Positions 23,565 through 33,492 are shown, numbered from the stretch's first letter. The stretch: 34,279 nt of DNA from an uncultured Gammaproteobacteria bacterium (GCA_964470025.1 CAYXZR010000004.1:17551-51829); one strand, 5' to 3'. Program-made: numbers and translations. Notes: generated by a model from the letters alone, not told the origin.

Positions 23565-24794
23565 ATGAAGTTAAAAACCCTTAAAGACATACCAAGCCTA
23601 AAGGACAAGAAAGTGCTTGTTCGAGTGGCGTATGATGTTCCTATCGCAAAACAGGGTAAGGGATATCGTGTGGCTGATGATCGCCGGATCCGTGAAACAT
23701 TGCCAACTTTGAAGTATCTGCTAAAGCAAGGGGCAACGCTTGTGCTTGTGTCATGGCTTGGCCGTCCGGATGGTAAGCATGTAGAACGCTTAAAGATGGA
23801 TCCAGTGGCTCGTCATTTAGAGAAATTACTTAAGCATAAAGTAGATAAGTTTGATGATTGTGTTGGTCCTGATGTTGAGAAAAAATTAGCTTTACTTCCT
23901 GCTAAGTCTGTAGTGCTTCTGGAAAATACTCGCTTTCATCCAGGAGAGGAAAGGAATAGCAGCGTTTTTTCTCGTCAGTTAGTTGCAGGTGTTGATTTGA
24001 TTGTCTTTGATGCGTATGCACAGGCACATCGTACGCATGCTTCGACTACTGGGATTTTAACACAGCGTCCTGCATATGCTGGATTGCTGTTTGAAAAAGA
24101 GATGGCTGCGATTGAAGAAATTATTACACCAAAGCGACCTTTCTTATTGGTGATTGGTGGGGCAAAGATTTCTGACAAAGTTGGTGCATTGGAGTTTCTT
24201 GCATCACGAGCAGACTGGATTATGATAGGCGGTGGTGCGGCTAATATTTTTTTGAAGGCTATGGGTATACCAGTAGCAGATTCCTATGTAGAAGATAATG
24301 CGGTTGGTAAAAATAAGTCTAAAAAAAGTACTCACTATATACGTCTTGCGAAGCGGCTTTTGAAAGAGTATCCGCAGAAGTTTATTTTACCGATTGATTT
24401 AGTTGCTGGTAATTCTGTTAAGCCTAAGGCATTGACTGAAATTGTTGATTTCACTATACCGCGACAAGAAATTAAAAAAGGTTGGATGTTTTTGGATATA
24501 GGTCCTAAAACCATTAAACGTTATAAAAAGGTGATTATAGGTGCACGGACTGTTTTCTGGAATGGGCCTATGGGAGTTTTTGAGTTGCCAATTTACGAAG
24601 AGGGAACAAAACAGATTGCTAAAGCGATTGCTGCCAATAAACATACCACTGTTCTTGGTGGTGGCGATACAGAGTCGGTAGTTGAACGATATTCGTTAGC
24701 TAAAAAATTTACACATGTTTCTACTGGAGGTGGTGCGACACTGCATCTGCTTTCTGGTAAGGACTTTCCAATTATTAAATATTTACAAAAATAA
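23565..24794 (+). CDS. pgk: Phosphoglycerate kinase (divergent substrate pocket)
   Basis: LLENTRF, GGAKISDK, DIGP, WNGPMGVFE, GGGDT and HVSTGGGA; likely start is ATG 23565. Confidence 0.93.
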   Translation: MKLKTLKDIPSLKDKKVLVRVAYDVPIAKQGKGYRVADDRRIRETLPTLKYLLKQGATLVLVSWLGRPDGKHVERLKMDPVARHLEKLLKHKVDKFDDCVGPDVEKKLALLPAKSVVLLENTRFHPGEERNSSVFSRQLVAGVDLIVFDAYAQAHRTHASTTGILTQRPAYAGLLFEKEMAAIEEIITPKRPFLLVIGGAKISDKVGALEFLASRADWIMIGGGAANIFLKAMGIPVADSYVEDNAVGKNKSKKSTHYIRLAKRLLKEYPQKFILPIDLVAGNSVKPKALTEIVDFTIPRQEIKKGWMFLDIGPKTIKRYKKVIIGARTVFWNGPMGVFELPIYEEGTKQIAKAIAANKHTTVLGGGDTESVVERYSLAKKFTHVSTGGGATLHLLSGKDFPIIKYLQK

Positions 24795-24799
24795 TGCAT

Positions 24800-26056
24800 A
24801 TGGCAAAAATTAAAAATATTTCAGCACTACAAATTTTAGATTCTCGAGGTAATCCTACTGTTCGAGCAATGGTTGAGCTTGATAATAAAGTTGTTGGTTT
24901 TGCCTCAGTTCCTTCTGGAGCATCTACTGGTGTTCATGAGGCACTTGAGTTGCGTGATGGTGGTCAAGCATACCTAGGTAAGGGTGTGACAAAGGCGGTT
25001 AAAAATATTATTCAAAAAATTAGCCCAGCTTTGAAGGGCCAAGATATTTCTGCACAGGCAGTTATAGATCAAAAGATGATTGACCTGGATGGAACGGAAA
25101 ATAAGTCTAAGCTTGGTGCTAATGCGATTCTTGCAGTATCTCTTGCGGCTGCCCATGCAGGCGCGCGAAGTGCTGATATGCCATTATTTAAGTATATTCG
25201 CAAGGCATATGGCTTGAAATATAAAGATTGGAAGATGCCAATGCCAACAATGAATATCATTAATGGCGGCGTACATGCAGACTGGGCAATGGATATTCAG
25301 GAGTTTATGATCGTGCCACAGCAGAAACGTTTTTCAAAAAAGATTCAATGCGGCGCTGAGATATTTCATGTGCTTGGAAAGCTTCTTAAGAAGCAGGGTT
25401 ATCCGACACTCAAAGGAGATGAAGGTGGGTATGCACCTGAGTTGGGTGGTAATGAAAAAGCTTTGAAGTTAATCATGAAAGCAATTGAACAGGCTGGGTA
25501 CAAGCCTGGCACAGAGGTTAAACTTGCTACTGATATTGCAGCATCAGAATTTTATAATAAAAAAAATAAGCAGTATGAGCTTAAGACTGAGGGTAAGTCG
25601 CTTACTTCTATGCAAATGATCGATTTGATTGAACGATGGGCAAGTAAGTATCCGTTTGTATCTATTGAGGATCCACTCGATCAAGATGATTGGGATGGTT
25701 GGCACGAAGCTACTAAGCGCTTAGGAAAAAAAGTCTCTTTGGTTGGTGATGATTTATTTGTTACAAATTCAGTACGTTTACAAAAGGGAATTGATAGTAA
25801 TGTCGGTAACGCGATTTTAATTAAGCTTAACCAAATTGGAACTCTTACAGAGACTATCGAAGCGATTGAGTTAGCTCATGCTCATGGATATAAAACTGCA
25901 GTGTCGCATCGATCTGGTGAGACTGAAGACACGACACTAGCTGACTTGGCGGTTGCTGTTAATTCTGAATTTATTAAAACTGGTTCACTTTCACGAAGTG
26001 AGCGAGTAGCCAAATACAATCGACTCTTAGAAATTGAACAATTGTTAGGATTGTAA
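24800..26056 (+). CDS. eno: Enolase
   Basis: DSRGNPT, PSGASTG, GDEGG, IKLNQIGT and SHRSGETED; start 24800 or 24794. Confidence 0.98.
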   Translation: MAKIKNISALQILDSRGNPTVRAMVELDNKVVGFASVPSGASTGVHEALELRDGGQAYLGKGVTKAVKNIIQKISPALKGQDISAQAVIDQKMIDLDGTENKSKLGANAILAVSLAAAHAGARSADMPLFKYIRKAYGLKYKDWKMPMPTMNIINGGVHADWAMDIQEFMIVPQQKRFSKKIQCGAEIFHVLGKLLKKQGYPTLKGDEGGYAPELGGNEKALKLIMKAIEQAGYKPGTEVKLATDIAASEFYNKKNKQYELKTEGKSLTSMQMIDLIERWASKYPFVSIEDPLDQDDWDGWHEATKRLGKKVSLVGDDLFVTNSVRLQKGIDSNVGNAILIKLNQIGTLTETIEAIELAHAHGYKTAVSHRSGETEDTTLADLAVAVNSEFIKTGSLSRSERVAKYNRLLEIEQLLGL

Positions 26057-26059
26057 ACC

Positions 26060-27646
26060 ATGATAACTAAATCTGAAAATAAAAAAGGACCAGCAGTACT
26101 TCTTGTACTTGATGGCTGGGGTATTGCTAAAAAGTCAAAAGCAAATGCGATTGAGTTAGCTAAAAAGTCAAACTTTGATACACTTTGGAAAGAAAATTCC
26201 CATACAACTCTTAAGGCTTCTGGTCACGATGCTGGCTTGCCAAAGGGTCAGCCTGGCAACTCCGAAGCTGGTCATATGAATATCGGTGCAGGAAGAATTT
26301 TAGAGCAGGATTCTGTGGTGATAAATCGTGAAATTCAGACTGGTCAGTTTCAGCGCAATGCGGCGTTTATTGCAGCTGCCAAGCAAGTTCGAGCGCATAA
26401 GTCTGACTTGCATCTGATGGGTCTTTTGTCTGATGGTGAAAGTCCACACAGCAACCCTGAGCATTTGTATGCGCTTATTGCATGGGCTCGTACACAAAAT
26501 ATAAAAAATGTGTATTTGCATTTATTTACTGATGGTCGAGACTCATTGCCACACTCATCATTGAAGCTGGTTAGTGCATTGATGCGTTTTTTAAAAAATA
26601 CAGAATCTAAGGATGGGAAAAAACGTAGTGGAGAATGGATTGCTTCGCTTATGGGTAGATTTTACGCAATGGATAGAAAGAAGGATTGGGATCGAACTGA
26701 AATGGCTTATAATGCGATGGTGCTCGGACAGGGAATTGAGATTCGTAGTCCACAAGCCGCAATTACACAATCATATAATAGAGATGAGACAGATGAGTAT
26801 ATTCGACCATATGTATTTAAACGTAATGGTGATGTGATTGGTAAGATCAAGGATAATGATGCAGTGATATTTTTTAATTTACGCTCAGACCGTGCCAGAC
26901 AATTAGCAAAGCCTTTTGTACAGCCTGGTTTTAATAAAAAGAATCCTGGTAGCTTTAAGAGGAAGAAGGTATTAAAAAATCTCACCTTTGTTGCATTAAC
27001 TGATTTTGGCCCTGATTTGGATTCAATTCTTACGGCGTATCCATCACCAGATGTGCTCGGTACATTGCCTATGGCGCTTAAGGATAAGAAGCAGTTATAT
27101 ATCGCAGAGAAAGAAAAATTTGCTCATGTTACATATTTTTTTAATGGTGGGTATGCTGATCCTGTTGCGGGTGAAGATAGAAAAATGATTAATTCGCCAG
27201 ATGTTGAGTCATACGACTTAGTCCCATGTATGTCTACTAAGAAAATTGTTGATGAGGTGTTACGTCTTTTGCCTAAGTATGATTTTGTTACGATAAATTT
27301 TGCTATTCCGGATATGGTGGCGCATACTGGAAATTTAGAAGCTGGGATTAAGGCAGTAGAGTGTGCGGACCTAGAAATTGGTCGTTTATATAAAGCATTG
27401 CAAAAGATAGGTGGTTCTTTATTTATCACTGCGGATCATGGCAACGCAGATAAAATGGTTGATCTAAAAACAGGTGAGATGTATACTGAGCATACAGTTA
27501 GTCCAGTGCCATTTATTATGGTTGAGCCAAAAATACGAAAACGGCGACTTCGTTCTGGCGGGCGACTAGGTGATATAGCCCCTACTATTTTAGAGTATTT
27601 AGAAATAGAGCAGCCGAAAGAGATGACCGGTAAATCGCTTCTATAA
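26060..27646 (+). CDS. gpmI: 2,3-bisphosphoglycerate-independent phosphoglycerate mutase, copy 1
   Basis: LDGWG, GNSEAGH, DGRD, GRFYAMDR, PDMVAH, ADHG and TEH. Confidence 0.94.
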   Translation: MITKSENKKGPAVLLVLDGWGIAKKSKANAIELAKKSNFDTLWKENSHTTLKASGHDAGLPKGQPGNSEAGHMNIGAGRILEQDSVVINREIQTGQFQRNAAFIAAAKQVRAHKSDLHLMGLLSDGESPHSNPEHLYALIAWARTQNIKNVYLHLFTDGRDSLPHSSLKLVSALMRFLKNTESKDGKKRSGEWIASLMGRFYAMDRKKDWDRTEMAYNAMVLGQGIEIRSPQAAITQSYNRDETDEYIRPYVFKRNGDVIGKIKDNDAVIFFNLRSDRARQLAKPFVQPGFNKKNPGSFKRKKVLKNLTFVALTDFGPDLDSILTAYPSPDVLGTLPMALKDKKQLYIAEKEKFAHVTYFFNGGYADPVAGEDRKMINSPDVESYDLVPCMSTKKIVDEVLRLLPKYDFVTINFAIPDMVAHTGNLEAGIKAVECADLEIGRLYKALQKIGGSLFITADHGNADKMVDLKTGEMYTEHTVSPVPFIMVEPKIRKRRLRSGGRLGDIAPTILEYLEIEQPKEMTGKSLL

Positions 27647-27659
27647 ATAATATTTTTTT

Positions 27660-29246
27660 GTGGCAAGAAAAACAAAAAAACCAGTTTTACTTTTGATTTT
27701 TGACGGCTTTGGCATCGCTCCACCTAACCGTGGGAATGCTGTCACGCTGGCAAAAAAACCAGTATTTGACCATATGTTGGCAAATTACCCAACACTCACG
27801 CTGCAAGCTTCCGGAGAAGCTGTTGGTTTGTCTTGGGGTGAGATGGGTAACTCAGAGGTTTGTCATTTAAACATCGGTGCGGGTAATATCATCTATCAGA
27901 CAATGCCTAAAATCAATAAGTCTATTGAGGATGGCACGTTTATGAATAACGAGGCATTTATTAAGGCAGTTGATCACGCGAAGAAAAATAATTCTCGATT
28001 GCACTTGATGGGGTTGGTGTCAGGTGGAGGAGTGCATTCTCATATTAATCATTTGTTTGCGCTTCTTGATTTTTGTAAAGTAAAAAAAGTAAAAAATGTT
28101 TTTATCCATGCATTTTTAGATGGACGTGATACATCTAAAGATAGTGCAAAGGATTTTATTTCCCAGCTTCAGAAAAAGATTAAAGAAACTGGTATCGGTG
28201 TTATTGCTTCTTTATCTGGACGTTTTTATGCTATGGATAGAGATAACCATTGGGATCGAGAGCAAAAAGCGTTCAATGTGATGACTGGTAAAAATGCCGA
28301 TAAAAATGCTGCTAATGTGATGGATGCTATAGAGACTTCATATAAAAATAATGTTTTTGATGAAGAGTTTGATCCAGTGGTAATAGTAAAAGATGGTAAG
28401 CCAGTTGGTCCTATAGAAGATAAGGACGCTGTAATTTTCTTTAACTTTAGATCTGATCGTGCTCGACAAATCACAAGTGCCTTTACTGTTCCTAGTTTTG
28501 ATAAATTTGAGCGACCAGAGTTTGGTGATTTGTATTTTGCAACTATGACGGAATATGCAAAAGATTTACCAGTTGAAATTGCCTATCCTCCTATTTCAAT
28601 TCTAAACCCCTTGGCTCGCATTGCTTCAGAGGCGGGCATCAAACAAGTTCATGCGGCGGAAACTGAGAAGTATGCTCATGTCACTTTCTTTTTTAATGGT
28701 GGCAAGGATGACCCGTTTGAGAATGAGGAAAGAATTTTGGTTCCATCACCTCCAGTTTCTAGTTATGATCAGAAGCCAGAAATGAGTGTGAATGAGCTAA
28801 CACAAAAGTTGCTAGCAAAGATTGATGAAGGTGATAATAGTTTATTTATTGTTAATTTTGCAAATCCTGACATGGTTGGACACACGGGAGTTGTACAAGC
28901 AACTATGGATGCAATAACAGCATGTGATACGGCACTTGGAAGACTTTATAAGCAAATCATGGCAATGGATGGAACGATTTTTTTAACAGCTGATCATGGA
29001 AATTGTGATGAGATGATTAACCTGCAAACAGGTGAGGTGTCGAAGGAGCACAGTACTAACCCAGTTCCCTTTATTGCAATTAACAAGAAATGGGAAGGCC
29101 AGACAATCGTACAGGGTATTGAAAGCGCGCAAGGTGACTTGAGTATCTTAAGTCCATCTGGTATTTTGGCTGATATTGCACCAACTATTTTGAAAGAATT
29201 AGAAATAGATCAGCCTGATGACATGACTGGATCGGCATTGATTTAA
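27660..29246 (+). CDS. gpmI: 2,3-bisphosphoglycerate-independent phosphoglycerate mutase, copy 2 (GTG start)
   Basis: FDGFG, MGNSEVCH, GGVHSH, DGRD, AETEKYAH, NPDMVGH, ADHG and KEH. Confidence 0.95.
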   Translation: MARKTKKPVLLLIFDGFGIAPPNRGNAVTLAKKPVFDHMLANYPTLTLQASGEAVGLSWGEMGNSEVCHLNIGAGNIIYQTMPKINKSIEDGTFMNNEAFIKAVDHAKKNNSRLHLMGLVSGGGVHSHINHLFALLDFCKVKKVKNVFIHAFLDGRDTSKDSAKDFISQLQKKIKETGIGVIASLSGRFYAMDRDNHWDREQKAFNVMTGKNADKNAANVMDAIETSYKNNVFDEEFDPVVIVKDGKPVGPIEDKDAVIFFNFRSDRARQITSAFTVPSFDKFERPEFGDLYFATMTEYAKDLPVEIAYPPISILNPLARIASEAGIKQVHAAETEKYAHVTFFFNGGKDDPFENEERILVPSPPVSSYDQKPEMSVNELTQKLLAKIDEGDNSLFIVNFANPDMVGHTGVVQATMDAITACDTALGRLYKQIMAMDGTIFLTADHGNCDEMINLQTGEVSKEHSTNPVPFIAINKKWEGQTIVQGIESAQGDLSILSPSGILADIAPTILKELEIDQPDDMTGSALI

Positions 29247-29264
29247 GTATTTTTTCTATTTAAT

Positions 29265-29292
29265 AAAAAAGTCAACATCGTTGACTTTTTTT
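29265..29292 (+). terminator. Intrinsic terminator of the pgk-eno-gpmI-gpmI operon
   Basis: AAAAAAGTCAAC-ATC-GTTGACTTTTTTT. Confidence 0.85.
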
Positions 29293-29341
29293 GCTTATTA
29301 TAGTATATAGATTTTAGTTTTTTCACAGAAAGGAGTCTCTT

Positions 29342-29983
29342 ATGTTGGTCATACTCGGAAGTCTCATTGTAGAAGATAGTAGTGTGGCAGGAGGCTGGAG
29401 AACTGCCACTTATGAGGAAGAAGGATTATTTCCTGACGGCACGCCAAAAGGTAGCTCTGGATTGGTTGCCCGTGTGCATGCAGCTGCAGCTTGTTATGGT
29501 GCAGGTACTCATAGGAAGATTTGCACTATTGGGCTTGCTTCTCATGAAAATATCAGAGAGTCAGTGCCCGCTGTAGTTTGTAGAGAGCTTGTTGCCTTGG
29601 GTGTTCCTGCAGAGGCAATTGTGCAGATAGTGATGCCATGTGGTAATACGACCCAGGAACTGTTGCACTTGAAGCAATTGCTTGGAAACCTTTCTCATAT
29701 TAGCGTTTTAACCAATGCTCATCATATAGATCGAGTTGAGATGCTTCTTGAGAAGTGCGGAGCACTTACAGGATTTGAACCTAACATCGTATCTGCGGAA
29801 CATGTGCTTTGGATGTATCCAAGCAAGATCATTACTCCCGAAATAATCGATCGAGGTTTGCATTCCGAAGCGATGCGTCGTCGTAATTTGTTAGAGCGCC
29901 AAGGTCTGGAACAACTGTGTCAAGGATTGTATGATTTTGGCCTTTTGCCGGATCAAAAAATCACCGTCATCGGATCTTTATAA
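29342..29983 (+). CDS. Divergent DUF218 / YdcF-ElyC-like protein
   Basis: VILG, R..AA...Y, LGVP.EAI, NT..E and VLTN.HH..R match the DUF218 pattern; AAGGAG Shine-Dalgarno at 29330-29335. Confidence 0.7.
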   Translation: MLVILGSLIVEDSSVAGGWRTATYEEEGLFPDGTPKGSSGLVARVHAAAACYGAGTHRKICTIGLASHENIRESVPAVVCRELVALGVPAEAIVQIVMPCGNTTQELLHLKQLLGNLSHISVLTNAHHIDRVEMLLEKCGALTGFEPNIVSAEHVLWMYPSKIITPEIIDRGLHSEAMRRRNLLERQGLEQLCQGLYDFGLLPDQKITVIGSL

Positions 29984-30007
29984 GGAACTAAGGTAGTTCC
30001 TTTTTTT
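29982..30007 (+). terminator. Intrinsic terminator after the DUF218 gene
   Basis: AAGGAACTA-AGG-TAGTTCCTT followed by a T-run. Confidence 0.8.
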
Positions 30008-30047
30008 CTTGAAAAAAATAGCTATTTATGGTTAAATACAGCTGTCT

Positions 30048-31541
30048 ATGAATGAGCGATTTTTATTCAAATTGATGGAAATTCTCCCAGGCTTTATGGT
30101 CTGGGCTACGTTTTTAATTATCATTGTTTTTTCTTTTATTCAGCCGCTATGGGTGATTTATTTTGTAATATTATTTGATCTTTATTGGTTATTGCGTATT
30201 ACGTATATGATGTTTTATGTCTTGGTGTCATGGCGAAGATATCGACAAGGTATTGCAACTAACTGGCAGGCAGATTTGGACGGACTCAAGAAAGATTACT
30301 CGGGGTATTATCATTTAATTTTTTTACCCACTTACAAAGAGCCCTTGTCTGTAGTAGAGAAGCCATTTGAGGGGCTCATGAATACTAAGTATGATAAAAA
30401 AAAGTTTATTGTAGTACTTGCTGGAGAGGAGAGAGATAAGCAGCATTTTGAAGAAATTAGTACGCAGATTCGAGAGAAATATGGAGATGAATTTTATGCA
30501 CTCTTAACAACAGTTCATCCTAAAGATTTACCTGATGAATTGCCTGGTAAAGGTTCTAATACTCATTACGCTGCTCACCGAGCTCAGGAGTTTATTGATC
30601 AACAAAATATCGCTTACGATAAGATTATAGTTTCTAATTTTGATATTGATACGGTGGTCCATGAACAGTACTTTGCATGTTTAATGTATAAATATTTGAC
30701 ACATCCAAATCCAACTCGGGCTAGTTATCAGCCAATTGCGGTGTATAATAATAATGTTTGGAATTCAAATCCTGTAATTCGAGTAGTTGCTAGCTCGACT
30801 ACATTTTGGCTATTTACTGATCTGGCGCGTTCGCAGCGACTTTTTACTTTTTCATCACATAGCATGAGTTTCCAGACGTTGGTTGATGTTGGTTTTTGGG
30901 ATAAGACAATTGTGACTGAAGATTCTCGAATTTTTTTACAAGGACTCATCCAATACGATGGTAATTATGAGACTGTTCCAATGTATATTCCAGTCTACAT
31001 GGATACTGTTGACATAGGGCATATGTGGCGAAGTCTTGTTAATCAATACAAACAGATGAGACGATGGGCATGGGGAGTGGAGCATTTTCCGTGGATGGTG
31101 AAACAGTTTTGGTTTAAATCGGGCAAAGGCAAGTCTGTGCCACTTCGCAAGAAATTGCGATACTTATGGAATCAAACTGAGGGAGTCTACTCTTGGTCAA
31201 CTGCTCCAATTATTATTTTGATTGCAGGTTGGTTGCCTTTACGTTTAGCATCTGAGTCAGATCGAGCTTCAGCACTTTTTCAAAATACCCCGCAGCTTTT
31301 AGAGGTCTTAATGCGTTCTGGTATGTATGGATTGGTAGTTATTGCAATACTATATACATTAATGCTTCCACCACGACCAAAGAGTAAGAAGCCGCTTCAT
31401 TATTTGATGATGTTTGTGCAGTGGATCTTGGTTCCAATAACTATGATTTTATTTGGATCACTTCCTGCAGTAGATGCACAAACAAGGTTGATGCTTGGCG
31501 GTAAATTTAGACTTGGTTTTTGGGTAACTGAAAAAAAATAA
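30048..31541 (+). CDS. Integral-membrane GT2 glycosyltransferase (processive synthase-like)
   Basis: 2 N-terminal TMs, LPTYKE, GKGSN, FDID, TEDS, QMRRW and 3 C-terminal TMs. Confidence 0.85.
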   Translation: MNERFLFKLMEILPGFMVWATFLIIIVFSFIQPLWVIYFVILFDLYWLLRITYMMFYVLVSWRRYRQGIATNWQADLDGLKKDYSGYYHLIFLPTYKEPLSVVEKPFEGLMNTKYDKKKFIVVLAGEERDKQHFEEISTQIREKYGDEFYALLTTVHPKDLPDELPGKGSNTHYAAHRAQEFIDQQNIAYDKIIVSNFDIDTVVHEQYFACLMYKYLTHPNPTRASYQPIAVYNNNVWNSNPVIRVVASSTTFWLFTDLARSQRLFTFSSHSMSFQTLVDVGFWDKTIVTEDSRIFLQGLIQYDGNYETVPMYIPVYMDTVDIGHMWRSLVNQYKQMRRWAWGVEHFPWMVKQFWFKSGKGKSVPLRKKLRYLWNQTEGVYSWSTAPIIILIAGWLPLRLASESDRASALFQNTPQLLEVLMRSGMYGLVVIAILYTLMLPPRPKSKKPLHYLMMFVQWILVPITMILFGSLPAVDAQTRLMLGGKFRLGFWVTEKK

Positions 31542-31542
31542 T

Positions 31543-32583
31543 ATGGTAAAAATTTCAGTACAAATTGTTACGTGGAATTCGAAGAAGTATATTGGTGATT
31601 GTCTAAAATCACTCGTTCATCAGACCTTCACTGATTTTTCCGTGACGGTTATTGATAATGCATCTCATGATGGCACTGTGCAGTTTATTCGTGAACAGTA
31701 CCCTCGAGTTAGAATTTTGCAAAATTTACAGAATAAAGGCTATTCACGAGCGCATAATCAGGGAATTCGTTTTGCAGAGAGCGAGTATGTCTTAGTACTC
31801 AATCCCGATGTAGTACTTACTCATCAGTTTCTTGAGCTGTTAGTTGCATTTGCTGATGAGCACTCTGATGCAGGTAGTTTTTCTGGAAAAGGAATGAAGT
31901 TAAGGCGTGCGTATGACGAAGATGTTGGCTCGGAATTACCTGAATTTTCGGAGATTATTGATAGTGCTGGTTTAGAAATGCGTCAAAATCGATCATTTGT
32001 TAATCGCGGTGAGGGTCAAAAAGATGAGGGTCAGTTTAATCGTGATGAAGAGATATTTGGATTTTCAGGATCTTGTGTGTTGTTTAGACGCACGGCCTTG
32101 GAGGATATAGTAATTGGTGATGAGTATTTCGACACTGATTTTTTTGCGTACAAAGAAGATGTTGATTTGGCTTGGCGTTTACAATTGTTAGGTTGGCGTG
32201 CTTGGTATGTGAGTGATGCATTATATTATCATTATCGACGGTTTGATAACATGCATGAGAAAAATACTACTGGCACCTTAAAGAATCGTCGTAAGGTTAG
32301 TGCTTCACTTCAAGCTACCGAGCGAATGTTAAAAAGTTTATCGTTAAAGAACCATCATTTGTTGTTGGTAAAAAATGAACAGCGGAAGCATTTGCTTAAA
32401 ACATTTTGGAAATGGTTTCCACGAGAAATCGGCATGATTGGGTATTCACTTATTTTTGAACCATATCAGTGGAAAACGTGGGGTACTTTTTTTAAGCAGC
32501 TGCCAAAAATTAAACGCAAGCGCGCATACACAATGGAAAAGAAGAAAGTGACTTGGGAACATATTGCTCAGTGGTTTAAATAG
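31543..32583 (+). CDS. GT2 family glycosyltransferase
   Basis: IVTWN, IDNAS.DGT, N.GYS...NQG, LNPD and FFAYKEDVDLAWR. Confidence 0.93.
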   Translation: MVKISVQIVTWNSKKYIGDCLKSLVHQTFTDFSVTVIDNASHDGTVQFIREQYPRVRILQNLQNKGYSRAHNQGIRFAESEYVLVLNPDVVLTHQFLELLVAFADEHSDAGSFSGKGMKLRRAYDEDVGSELPEFSEIIDSAGLEMRQNRSFVNRGEGQKDEGQFNRDEEIFGFSGSCVLFRRTALEDIVIGDEYFDTDFFAYKEDVDLAWRLQLLGWRAWYVSDALYYHYRRFDNMHEKNTTGTLKNRRKVSASLQATERMLKSLSLKNHHLLLVKNEQRKHLLKTFWKWFPREIGMIGYSLIFEPYQWKTWGTFFKQLPKIKRKRAYTMEKKKVTWEHIAQWFK

Positions 32584-32584
32584 T

Positions 32585-33451
32585 ATGGATGTATCAATCG
32601 TTATTTTGAATTATAAGCAAAAAGGCTTGGTGCGACAGTGTGTCAAGGGAATTGTGGCCGCGAAACCTGAGCTGGAGTATGAGATTATTGTAGTTGACAA
32701 TAATTCAGGTGATGGTGTTCTTAATGATGTGAAAAAATTATTTGATCCGCAAGCATCAGATGAAGAAGCAACTCTTTTTAAGAGTCGCCATAGTGATTTT
32801 CCTCCGTTGGTGTGTATTGCTTCAGATGAAAACAGGGGAATGGGGGCAGGAAATAACTTGGGAATGAAACGTGCCAAAGGTGAGTTTGTATTTGTGATTA
32901 ACCCTGACGTTGCAATCACCAAGGGAAGTTTAGAACATCTCGTGCAGTACATGCGTACTCATAGTGATATTGGTGTACTTGGTCCAAAGCTTATTAATCC
33001 TGACGGAACAATCCAGGATTCGTGCCGGCGTTTTCCAAAATTTTTAACGCCACTTTATCGACGAACATTTTTAGGTAAATTTTCGTTTGCCAAAAAAGCA
33101 TTGGATGACTATCTGATGATGGATTGGGATCACCGACAGATTCGCGATGTTGATTGGTTGTTTGGCGCTGCGTTGCTTATGCCGCGAACAGCATTAGAAG
33201 AAGTGGGAATGTTTGATGAAGATTTTTTTCTATATTTTGAAGATCTTGATTTGTGCCGCCGTTTTTGGGAGCAGAGCTATCGGGTTGTCTACTATCCAGA
33301 AGTTGAGTTGGTGCATTACCATCAGCGAGAGTCTGCCAATGGTGGTAGTCTGAAGGCCTTGTTTAACAGGGCAACTCGGGCACATATTGCCTCTTGGTTG
33401 CAATATTCTCAAAAATATCGTGGCAAGGAGCTACCTAGACACGATGGCTAA
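32585..33451 (+). CDS. GT2 family glycosyltransferase (WbbL/rhamnosyltransferase-like)
   Basis: VSIVILNY, VVDN.S.DG, INPD, VDWL.GA and FDE.FFLYFED.DLC; likely start is ATG 32585. Confidence 0.92.
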   Translation: MDVSIVILNYKQKGLVRQCVKGIVAAKPELEYEIIVVDNNSGDGVLNDVKKLFDPQASDEEATLFKSRHSDFPPLVCIASDENRGMGAGNNLGMKRAKGEFVFVINPDVAITKGSLEHLVQYMRTHSDIGVLGPKLINPDGTIQDSCRRFPKFLTPLYRRTFLGKFSFAKKALDDYLMMDWDHRQIRDVDWLFGAALLMPRTALEEVGMFDEDFFLYFEDLDLCRRFWEQSYRVVYYPEVELVHYHQRESANGGSLKALFNRATRAHIASWLQYSQKYRGKELPRHDG

Positions 33452-33492
33452 GATAAGCTATTCTTAACTGACTAAACGTATCTCGAGACCGT

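Noticed and set aside
26060..29246. Tandem gpmI as an assembly artefact or pseudogene pair
   Set aside because: The copies are highly diverged, both uninterrupted, and both keep the catalytic residues
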